Source of the DNA: Fistulifera solaris
Taxonomy: Eukaryota
Length of the DNA stretch: 64,000 bases
Assembly (NCBI GenBank): GCA_030295235.1
Contig: AP026123.1
Coordinates: 1,736,001-1,800,000 of the forward strand
Direction of reading: 5' to 3'
Shown here piece by piece: positions 22,492 through 33,170 of the stretch. A program made the position numbers and the translations under genes. The notes beneath the pieces were generated by a model, which was given only the letters and a program-made list of their open reading frames with translations, had not been told where the DNA came from and did no database searches. Numbering within the stretch: the first letter of the stretch is position 1; every line of letters starts with the position of its first letter.

Positions 22492-23005
22492 AATTAACTG
22501 TTTAGGGTCATTCGGAAGATTTAGAATCAGGAAGAAATATGATGCACTTTATTTTGTTCTATATACATCCGTCGAAGATTGAGTTGGCAGCATGTAATAA
22601 TCATCGTAGTAACCTTAGGCGCCACGTTTCAATTTCAAATTTTCCGTTGGATGGTGGATACAATAATAGATAGCTGCCACGTCCCATTCGGCCTTCTCAT
22701 TGCGCCACACTCACATAAGTAATTAAAGACGAAAATTCTGCGCGCCGACCCGGGTCTCCTATACAGCACTTGTGAGAGTTACTAAAAGTGCCGATCGATG
22801 CCTTCGGGGCATTTTTTCGTCACTCTTTGACCTTTTGACTACAACCATTCTAATTCCAGAGACTGACCGATCAACCGACCAGGCGTGGATACCCATCCTT
22901 TCAAAAATCTTTCACGCTGTCATTCGCTCTCATTCGACAGAAGTTACTGCTGTCGCTTGAGCCCTCAATTCAAATATCCGTAGAGCGAACAAGTCGGTTC
23001 CAGTA

Positions 23006-23841
23006 ATGATATCGTCTCTGGAACAATGGCGGCGATATGGTGAAGCTCGAAGGAAGGTTCTCATTGAGCAAGATAAACAGGCTGGAGGAACATCATTTCA
23101 TATAAATCGGAAATGTCGTATTGACAAATATTTTACTTTGGCCGAACGGGTAAGGTGATGTTTCTTTTATGGAAGTATCAGCATTGGGAACTTAACTCAT
23201 TCTCTCTTTTGCAGGTCACACTCCAGTTCAGAAGGCTACTGTCGGATCGACAAAAGCTTGAAGCTTGTTACGTCATGGGACATCGCCTTGTCAGTTTTCT
23301 CGATTTTGCACTGCCCCAACATCCGGAATATCACTTGTCCAGTTATAGATCACAGCGCCTCAAAAGTCAACAATTTTTGCAGTACATTCGTGAGCAGATT
23401 GAACAGGTGGCAATAAACATCGATGAGATCGAGTTGAATGCTTACATGGATCTGCACTTTGATCCTACAGAAGATGGATCTTTGTCATCTGTTGAAGAAG
23501 TTGAAGATACTTGGCAAAATTTCGCAGGATGGGATGCCCCTAGTGGTGTGGAGACGGACACTTCCTCCAGGGAAAACAGTTCGGACGAAGAATATCGATT
23601 CGACTTGCCGGAAGCGCAAGAGGAATTCCCAGACCCTAATATTCAGTTTTATGGCATACCTCTGGAAGATGACGACGACGACGATGATGATGATTCAAAT
23701 GTTTCCGACATTTCGCTACAGCCCATTTCGACATTCTTGCTGAAAATTGCCAAAGAGACTGTGGTCTACGAATCAGATTCTGAAGCAGAAGACAGCTGGG
23801 CCCCAAACGACGCTGTAGACCGGGAACTTCCTTTGATTTGA
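23006..23841 (+). CDS. Protein with AMSH/USP8 N-terminal (MIT-like) domain and acidic tail (intron 23150-23214)
   Basis: In-frame phase-0 splice; IDKYFTLAER..ACYVMGHRLVSFLDFALPQHPEY resembles the USP8_dimer domain. Confidence 0.6.
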
Positions 23842-24041
23842 AAGTTTAGGTATCCCCTTTGCTCAATTGCACTCCTTGAAAACTGCTATGCTAGAGATTT
23901 GCATCGATCTCCCACTTTCCGATAAGAAGCAGCTTATAAATAAAGCACTACTCGGGGTATAAGTTTTAGAAACAACTGCAACCCTAACTAAAAACCGAAT
24001 CTGGATAACATGAATTTATTAAAAAGTAGGAACAACTAGTT

Positions 24042-25630
24042 TCATTCCGTTGACTTGCGCTTTTTGTCTTTCTTCTTTTTCTTCTCTTCCTTCTTAGCCT
24101 TCTTGGCGGACTTTCCTTCGTCTTCGTCATCGTCATCATCTGAAGACTTTCTCTTCTTCGTGCTTGGCGTTTCGGCATCTTGAGCATCATCCGCTTCTAC
24201 TGATTTTCGCTTCTTGTCTTTCTTTTTCTTTTTGGCGCTTTCCTCGGTTGCTGAAGTACCGTGCAACTCACGCGCTACTTCTTGCATGACATCCAAGTTC
24301 TTCCTGGGTGCCTGTCCTGTCTCGTAAAATTTCAAGCGTTCCTCCACTTGTTCTCGCAATTTTTCGCCGTAAAGGCGGTTCGGGACGTCGGAGAAAGAGT
24401 CGATTCGTGTAGCAATGGAACATTTGTTAGCGAGATATCGACTGATGCGTCCTTTATTCTTCGCGTCGGCTCTTCCGATAAAAGTACTGTGATAAATCAG
24501 CCCGTACTTGGGGGTGTTTCCTTTTGTTTTCAGAGCCCGGAATAAGGCCTTTTCTGCGCCCAAAATCTGCACCGTACTAGCTGGAGATTTAGCAAGATTG
24601 GTCAAAGATCCGGCCTGCGAAAAGCACGTATGAGATGACAAAAGCAGAAGCAACAAGACGAATTGCTTGTTGTGAGCCTTACCTTGCTAATCAGACGGGC
24701 GGCTACGGTATCACCAATGAGAGCGGAAAGATTTGGCGCCACAATGTTCATCTTTGTTTGCAGATATTCAGACAATTGCTTTCTATACTCCGCCAGATGG
24801 ATCATGCGTTGCGTGAAGTTCACAATATTCAACATATCGGTATCGCTGCACGCCATTCCCATACTCGTCTTAGCTGCCTGAACTATGGCCTGCACGGTCT
24901 CCTCATCTTGTACAATATTCTGTAATTCCGCCAACTTGCTGTCGCCTGTCAACAATGTCTGTTTATCTTGAACACAAGCAGCTACGCGTGCGAACTGAAT
25001 ATTGTCCGACACAACGTCTTTTAGCTCCGGGAAGTGCCATGAATACCATTCCCGCACCCGCATGGCAGCCGAGTTGACATCCTTGTCCAACTGATCCAAC
25101 AAAGCAATCGACTGAATAATCATGTTGTCGGATCGGGCCGGGTTGAACTTGACCTTAGAACGCGAGTACGCGTGACCAAGTCCCAACTGAGCCTTTGTGG
25201 AGGAGCCCTGCAAGCCTTTGACCATTTGTTCGAGATGCAGTCTCGAGCCGCGGCAAATCTCTCGGATCGTTTCATCGGATCGGCATGTGAAGTTCGTTCC
25301 AGAAGAGATGGCGGTGGCCAAGCCGGGATCGATGACACCCAGAGCGACAGATGCCGTTTTACTGGACTTTTTCGGCTTCGGCATGTTAATTTGCAGGAAT
25401 TCTTTAAGGGTGTCACTCATCGCATGTTCGGATACAGCGTTGGCATTCTCCAAAGCTTCTGAAGCAGAAGCAAAGGGATGGAAGGCTTTCAATTTAACGG
25501 CGCGACCAAATCGATTGATATCAGTTAATGTATCCTGATTTCCTGTAATTTCTTCCATAGCCACAACCTCAAAGAGGGCATAACCGGCCGCCGATTCATA
25601 CAGGGTGAATAAGGATGTTGCGTCAGCCAT
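24042..25630 (-). CDS. NOP56: Nucleolar protein 56 (intron 24615-24682)
   Basis: [73 protein letters not shown] tail. Confidence 0.96.
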
Positions 25631-26075
25631 CGTGCTTAATTTTTGATTTGACACACTTCGTCAGAGACCTTTCCCCAATTTTCGAGCTTTCAATATCGAA
25701 CTAGACGTTCAATAGCAAGAGCAGCTGATTCTGTGGATTATACTGTCGTCGTCAATGATACGAGAACCTTGTCGTTTTGCGATCCAATTGACAGCGCCAT
25801 GATGGTGCGCCGCGATAGATTTTCGCTTGGCCCTCCCTCCACCTGCCTGTCGTCGTACGTATCGGTGGGTCAAAATTTCCTTCCGACTTTACTTTGTCAC
25901 AGCGCGAGTTAGATATGGTATTTTGTGTAAGGTTATGCGAAAATTATTGTGAGAGGATAAATAATGCTGTCGCACCGAGCTCGTTGTTGATGTACAAGTA
26001 ACCGTGTTGTCGTCCAACAAAATAATGAAAAAATGTTGCTTTATCATTTGCTTGCATTCGTAACATATTTAAACA

Positions 26076-26761
26076 ATGAAGCTCTTACAATATTATTCCA
26101 TTATCATACAAATAACGCAGACGTATGGCTTTCTATGTCTCCAAGCGACCAGGAATGCTGAAAATAATATATCCCGGAATGACGATCATGATCGAGAATT
26201 AGTACGGCGACAGCTTGGTTATGTGCCCACCAATTGGGTCGGCGTTTCCGCTCGAACTCAAGCAGGTGATCCTATTGCGATACAAACTTACCCACTACAA
26301 GGAGGTTCCCTGCGTCGTCAAGCCAAGTCACAGATGAGTGACATTGGAACGCCCTTTCCCACTCTATTTTGGTTCACCAACCCGCTGATCGGAACCGCCA
26401 TTGCCGAGCTAGAACGACAGAGGTACATCCAACGCATTCAGGAAAGTTTAAATGAATCGGAAAAGAGGAGTTGCTGGCTTGTCACGAAAAGTATGCTATC
26501 ATGCGCTGGGAAAGTTTATCTTCGGATCATCGTCAGAAATTGATCGAGGATCCCTCTTTACAAAGGCTAAGAACCATGTTGCAATATTCGGGCGTCGCTG
26601 GGACTATATTATCAGGAAGTGAGAACATAGATACGATTCCTTCCATCAAGTGTCTTCATGCTCATTATGCGCATTTTCGGAGTTGTAGGGAGCTGGGTAA
26701 TCCAGTGGGACGTCGTGTTCATTCTTTGCTGCAAGAGAATTTCCCCGATTTGATTCTTTGA
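26076..26761 (+). CDS. DUF501 family protein with N-terminal signal-like peptide (frameshift ~26465)
   Basis: VRRQLG, GTPFPTLFWFTNP, IAELE, IKCLHAHYAH, NPVG motifs. Confidence 0.8.
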
Positions 26762-27074
26762 GATTCAACGACATTCACTTTCGATAATGCGAACCTTTCC
26801 GTGATCGAATAAAGTACCAACAAGACGTTCAATCAAGCTCAGGTTGTTCCTCTTCTAGGCCTTTACGTTGACAGAGACTATGAAGGAGTTAAGGTCAAAA
26901 ATCATCAGCTTTTACCGTGAGTCTCGACCAAAGCGACCATCATTTCTTGTTTCCAAAGCAATCTACAAAACCTTTCGATTGGTTTTTAATGTCTGGAATT
27001 TTTCATTTAGCTGAACATCAAAAGACAGGTCGCTCCACCCCCTATACGTCGCATTATAGTTTTCTACTATAGAA

Positions 27075-27121
27075 CAGAGTGTAGACGACTTTTCTTCCGA
27101 CGACTCGGCTGAATTTTAGTC
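27075..27121. repeat. Degenerate third locus of the dispersed repeat family
   Basis: CAGAGTGTAGACGACTTTTCTTCCGACGACT..TTTTAGTC resembles CAAAGTGTAGACGGTTTTTCGCCACGACTGTATTTTTAGTC at 41436. Confidence 0.45.
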
Positions 27122-27269
27122 CCGAATCGTAATGCGACGAAAACACGACAGCATCAAACACGACCATTGTGTTTCATTTCCATTATTCACACATACGCCT
27201 TGTATTCATCAAAATTCTATTTATTTTATAACAATATACCACTCGATTGAAGATATTTATAGTGCAACC

Positions 27270-27695
27270 ATGATTCCTCGCCTCTTAAATACTGTGATTT
27301 TACGGAGTATGTCGTACTCGCGCGTGAACTCGATCCATTCGTCGGTTCGCAGCGTGTCTTCCGTTGATAACAAGACGATCGTATTCAACAAAGTGACGGG
27401 ATCGCCATTCAAAGGTAAGATCAAAGAAATGTTTCAAATACAGCTTTTGTATGATTTCTGATTTTATGGCAATGGATTAGATGCACAACCCGAACCTGTA
27501 AAAATAGAAGCCTGTGGCGATGTTAAAGAAGACGACGATGACGATGAAATGGAAAAGGAACAAATGTTTGTAGAACCGCACGAAAGTTTTGAGTTCCGTA
27601 CTATGGAATGGGGCGGGCCGCGTCGAGGGGGTCGATTGCCAGAGCCCACCCGATACGGCGACTGGGAACGCAAGGGCCGTGCTACCGACTTTTGA
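27270..27695 (+). CDS. SDHAF4: Succinate dehydrogenase assembly factor 4 (DUF1674), intron 27415-27480
   Basis: Spliced product ends EWGGPRRGGRLPEPTRYGDWERKGRATDF; basic N-terminal presequence; not represented as one ORF in the track. Confidence 0.93.
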
Positions 27696-27906
27696 TCAAT
27701 TGTAGCCATACTTGCAAGCAACCAAGCAACCATGGTGACACAATAAATCCATCCGCTGTCTTTCTCGATAATGTTGTTGTTATGGTCAAAAGTTTGTTGC
27801 GGATACATCTAAATGTTTCATAAAACCACAAAATGCTTTCAAGTCGAGAATAAAGAGTCCAAAAACTATAAATAATGTATGATATTATAGTATTTGGCGG
27901 CTACTT

Positions 27907-28774
27907 TCAAATTCCAGACACAAAAGACAAGGACGTTTGAACTTGTTCGGTATACTTGTTCAATGCTGTCACAATTTCTGTATCTCGAGTTTGGCGTTCA
28001 TTCACTTCTACTTCAAGAGCGTTGTTTAAATCATCGAGAGCCTTCTGAATGCGTCCTTCCAATCTTTTGACTTGCGCATCGCGTACGTCTTCTTGCGTCT
28101 TCACACGCTCTGTTAGTTTACCGACTTCAGATACCCGATGGTGACGCTCTTCCTTCCAACTTTTTCGTACTTCTCGGATACATCGTTGATTTGTTGCATG
28201 ATCTGTTCTTCCCTTCGCGAGCGCGATTTTCGCTCTGTTTCAGCCTGAGCTTGCAGCTCTCCTAACGCACTTTCCCATTGTTTTGCTTTGCTATCAATAT
28301 TATTTTCAATCGAACTAACATCTCTCTTCCAATGCTCTTCCAACTCCGCGATCCGTTCCTCCAGAGACGCCAGTCGTCGATTCATTTCCGTTCCTTCTTT
28401 TCGACCGATTCCTTCCACAGGGCCGTCACTTGACTCACAGCAGCTTTCGCTTGTTCTTGTACCTCTTTTACAGCTTGCACGCGGCGCTTTGTCTCGGCGG
28501 TTAAAGCTGCTTCCAAATGCTTCACTTGCACACGCAAATGAGCCACAGCCGCATCTTCTTTCTCTTTTCGCTGTTTCATACGCTCTTTTAGAACATTAGA
28601 GAAATTTTGATCATCGCTTTGTGAATTATTCATTATTGTTCTCATTGATAGATCAGTCACGTCGTGCTGAGAAGAAACGGACTCCTGCTGCCGCGGATGG
28701 CTTTCCGTATTTGCATGTGACGTATTTTCCGGTGTTGTAGACGAAGAAGTAAGTGCTGAGGAGGGGGCAGTCAT
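27907..28774 (-). CDS. SF-assemblin/beta-giardin family coiled-coil protein (frameshifts ~28420, ~28150)
   Basis: ALTAETKRRVQA, ETERKSRSRREEQI and C-terminal ERQTRDTEIVTALNKYTEQVQTSL pattern. Confidence 0.7.
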
Positions 28775-29491
28775 CTTCTCTCTCACAACAATCGCTAGAT
28801 GTAGACTGAACTATGACTTCTTGTAAACAAATTTTATGAAAGTAGTGCAAACAAACGCTGTAATAGATGAAACATCATCATCAATGACGGCGGAATTTCT
28901 TACGGTGGTACTGGTACTGTACGGTCCGCGTTTTTTTGTCGTCGCGGCGTCTGCGCGCGGGCGAAAGATATGTCGCAACGGGCGAAGGCGTACGGAGTAC
29001 GGACAAGAAGCAAAGTGAGTTCGCGGAATCAAGAATCAAACAGGCCCTATTCTTGTTCTTGGCCTTCCTTATCAGAACTGGCGTTCGTGATTGCTCTCTA
29101 CTTTTTACAGGACAGGGCAAACCGCGGCGAAGGCAAAGATCGTCTTTTGTATCTTCATGATTCGTGTTTGTTTGGTGGGTTCGCACTTTGTAGATCACGA
29201 GATGGAACAAGAATCCATGACAATGAAAGACTAAACAAGACAAAGATATTAATGAGTGTCAGGAACGTATCCTCGGGAAGAAACTGTTTGAGTCCTAGCT
29301 AAGGATTCCGAGCTCATTGGTGGCTAGTTAGAACACTAGGATAAATCAAGCTAGGAAAACTATAGACCTATAGACTTGATAAAGAATTAATGGAAAGTAT
29401 ACAAGCAGATTTATCATGAAAACTATTGTGTAGAAATGCATCATCTCTTTTGTCGCAAATGTACAAGCGTGTTCTTAACAGCATCGCGTCT

Positions 29492-30349
29492 TTAGATAGC
29501 AGAGATAGAGCGCGGTGATTGATCCGGAGGTGACCGGCATTCGCCCTTGTTCGTTAGGTGGTTCCTTTCACATGGGCGCAAAATGGCTGGGTCGTTAGAA
29601 GATTGAGTGACAGCTTCAAACATCACATCCTGTACACTCATTACAGCAGCATCACTCGAATTCCACTGCAAGGCATTAGAGAATACATAGGAGATGTAAT
29701 CCGAAAGCTGGTCGTCAATCGGAAGACTCGAAAGCGAGTTCTGGAGAGCCGCCAAAGCCACGAGGGAAGCCGGCGCCAAAAACAATTCCACGCGACCCAC
29801 CGTGAGCTCGATTTGGAACTTTGTGACATCCAGTAGGGCATTCCGTGTTTCCAAATCCATGGCTTCTTGAGGAATGAGGTTCATGAGCTCGCGAACGAAC
29901 GACATGGTAGTAGGAGGGTTGACTCTCCATTGCAGACCGGTCAACAAAATTCGCTCCATTTCTTCAATTTCATAGGGTGCGTAGGCACCCCGACTGAGCT
30001 TTGAAACAAGGTTCGGATCCATGGCTTCGGCTTCGTGGATCTTGACGGCTGTGTAAAGGGCCGTCATGCTGGCCAGCTGATACAACGATCGGTCGACGCG
30101 GGCGTCGGCGCCTTGCGGTGAGAGCAAGAACCGATCCAGATAAGAGAGCGCGATTTCGACGGTCTCGCGTCGGAACTTGCAAAAGTCGACCACTTGAACG
30201 AACCAGGCGCACATCTTCGTGCGGCAGTCCATATCGACGATGGCCGCCGACTGCAGGTGGAGAGGTATCATAGGCATCCAGTCGGCCTTGACGTAAGCCG
30301 AGCTTTCTTGAAAGCGCATGGATGCGATGGTATCAAGTGATTGATCCAT
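29492..30349 (-). CDS. Cyclin, diatom-specific (dsCYC) type
   Basis: Cyclin box CRTKMCAWFVQVVDFC...ETVEIALSYLDRFL...LYTAVKIHE...MERILLTGLQWRVNPPT; intronless. Confidence 0.9.
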   Translation of the reverse strand: MDQSLDTIASMRFQESSAYVKADWMPMIPLHLQSAAIVDMDCRTKMCAWFVQVVDFCKFRRETVEIALSYLDRFLLSPQGADARVDRSLYQLASMTALYTAVKIHEAEAMDPNLVSKLSRGAYAPYEIEEMERILLTGLQWRVNPPTTMSFVRELMNLIPQEAMDLETRNALLDVTKFQIELTVGRVELFLAPASLVALAALQNSLSSLPIDDQLSDYISYVFSNALQWNSSDAAVMSVQDVMFEAVTQSSNDPAILRPCERNHLTNKGECRSPPDQSPRSISAI

Positions 30350-31336
30350 GTTGAGAGGTCGTCTGAGCTTTATGAACGAAGGCTTTGTTTGACAAAGAAT
30401 GGAACGATCAAATACTGCTTGAGGTTTTTATGGCTGATAGTTGCAGTTTTTCGTCACGAAACACGCTGCTGGCAGTAGCAGCGGAGAGCGGAGAAGCCGG
30501 TTTCTTTGTTCCAGTTTTTCTTTGTACTATGATCTAGAATGTAGTTTGGGCAACGCAATTACGCCGAAGAGCAAACGTGACAGGATCGTATCCACGTCTG
30601 ATGGTTAGTTTAGTATGACATTAAAAGTAGTTTGAGTGGTGGTTCTGAGTCCCGAGATCGTGGATCGACATTGCGCGAGCTCTCCCACGGCGCGGCCTTT
30701 CTGTCTTCGCATCGCGGCATTTGGCACAAATGCGCCAATAGCAGAACACGGACATGGAGTGTCATTCACAAGTACAGCGAAACTGATATTTACGAATTTC
30801 AGTACTCTTTAAATCAGTCTGTTGAGGTGATCCAAAACCGGGACAAGAAAGTCCGATGACCGATGACGCGGATCCAATTTTGGGTCACGTGTCGCGTGGT
30901 CACAATGCCTCGGATCTCGGTCCTGGATCGTGACAGCGAACTTGCGAATTTTGCCAAGGCCCGTTTCTCCGCTCATGGGTCCCGGTCACATGGTAGAAAA
31001 TCAACATACGATGCAGTCATCGATGTTTAACGTCGAGACTCGTGACTCAAAGCTAGTCGTGGTAAAAGGTAATCTACTCTTTCTCGCTACATCATTCTTT
31101 CACTCTACACAATTATAGGATGGATAACGGTGAGACAACGTCGTGTGGTTTCTAAAAGATCGCGCCTTGGCTTCGGCATCTGTCAAGACCGAAATTATGA
31201 CTTCTCACATGCCCATTGTTACGCAAAAGCTTGCAGCAAACTTCGCCTTTCTTTGCATGGCTAGTTCAAACAAAGCATTTGCTTCGAAAGTCCAACTTAG
31301 TAAGGCCACATTGCCTGCATTTTCTCTTTCAACAAC

Positions 31337-32990
31337 ATGATAGGACCAACAATTGAACCGTCGGAAGTTGGCCTCACCGGTCTTCTCTGGTTGTTTCTAT
31401 CCTATGGATACGTGCTCTACTATGCATCCAATCTGATCGGAGAGGGTAGTGAGCTGCTTTTACTTGTCCCTAGTTTAGCAGGTTTGGTCGGCGGAGTCGT
31501 GCTTCCGCTCTTGGGAGCTGTGCCGGACGGTGCCATCATCCTGTTTTCGGGTTTGGGTAGTCTCGAGGATGCACAAGAGTCGCTTGCCGTGGGTGTCGGG
31601 GCGTTGGCGGGTTCTACCATTATGCTTTTGACTGTTCCGTTGGCCTTGTCGGCTTGGCGCGGAAAAGTAGATTTATTGAGTGGGGATAAAGCAAATTATC
31701 TCGGAAGACCCAAGCTCACGGAAAAGTCCTCCATGTGGGCCACCCTTACAAAAACGGGTGTTGCTGTATCAGACCCTATTCACCAGAGTGCAGCCATTAT
31801 GATGGCGACTACGATTCCCTACTTTCTTATTCAGGTTCCTGCATTGTACCTGCATGGTCCTTCCGAGGAAGTTGCTGCCGGAGAGCACTGGTGGGCTGCT
31901 GCTGCATTTTGTATTTGTTTGATTGGTCTCTTTTTTTTACATGAGACTTCAACTTAAGATGTCTCAGGAAGGGCAAGATCGTGGTAAGCGTATGGCGGTG
32001 GTGCGAAAGTTGTTGCAGAAAGGAAAGGTTAGTCTTTCTGGAGCTGTCGCTTCGCACGTTCAACACTTTGAAGAACAAATGGGAAATGGCGTGCCGTCGT
32101 CGGAATACCAATCGATTCTTGAAGTGGATCCGCGACGACCTCCTCCCGCGGTGTTCTCCTATCTGAAGGAAATTTTGGCGGATGCCTTCATGACATATGA
32201 TGAGGATGCAAATGGCCATCTGGATGAAGGTGAATCGTTCATGTTTTTCCGTGATTTTCATGAAGCTATATCGGAAGAAGAAATGAAAGATCTCTTTAGC
32301 AAGTTTGACTCCGACAAATCAGGCACCATCGACTTGGACGAATTCATTGGCTTGGCTTATGCGCTCATCAAGATTCAAGTAGCCAAAGAAAAGACGGCGG
32401 ACGCCCCGAGTCACAACAATACGCGTGCCGTTATAGCTGACGCTGCATTTGCTGAAATCGAAGAAGAAGAAATTCCTGAGGATCTATCAGCATTGCCTCC
32501 TGAGCAGCAACAGGTCGCTATTAAGCAAAGGGCCTTCACCATGCTTGCCCTCGGAACAACTCTCGTTGTCTTGTTTTCGGATCCTATGGTCGATGTCATG
32601 CAAGAAATTGCGGTCAGAGCCAATTTGAGCCCGTTCTATGTGTCATTTATTTTGGCTCCTTTGGCAAGCAATGCTAGTGAAGTCATATCGAGCCAATACT
32701 ACGCATCAAAGAAAACGTCGAAGACTATCCAAGTTTCATTGTCTGCGCTAGTCGGCGCAGCCAGCACGAATAACACTTTCTGTTTGTCGATCTTCATGGG
32801 CCTCATTTTCTTCCGCGGTCTGGCTTGGCAATACACCGCAGAAACTCTTGCAATTATCCTCGTCGAATTCCTGGTGGGATTTCTCGTTCGAAACAAGATT
32901 CTTTCTACGGGTAGGGGTCTGCTTATTGGGGCGGTCTTTCCACTGAGCATCGCTCTTGTAGCGACTCTGGAGGCACTAGGCTTTGATTAA
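31337..32990 (+). CDS. Na+/Ca2+ exchanger-like protein with EF-hands (NCL type; frameshift in T-run ~31935)
   Basis: LPLLGAVPD, GVGALAGSTIMLLT, two EF-hands (DEDANGHLD, DSDKSGTID), LAPLASNASE. Confidence 0.9.
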
Positions 32991-33170
32991 GTGATATCGT
33001 TGTGATGATGAATAATGGAGAGTTGGTTCTATTGTTTTTTGCGGGTACCTCTGGCGTGCTGTTGTTACCTGCAATAGTTTTGGAATTTGCGCCTGAAAAA
33101 TAAAGCTTTGAAATTAATGAATAAATTATAGTGAAAGTCGTTACTTGCTAAGAAATAGGAAAGGACTCCT

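Noticed and set aside
28811..29302. Several short overlapping ORFs between the SF-assemblin-like gene and the cyclin
   Set aside because: No recognisable motifs; consistent with promoter/intergenic sequence.
30350..31336. bZIP/aureochrome-type sites (CACGTG, TGACG) upstream of the cyclin
   Set aside because: Short motifs expected by chance in 1 kb; cannot be supported without enrichment data.
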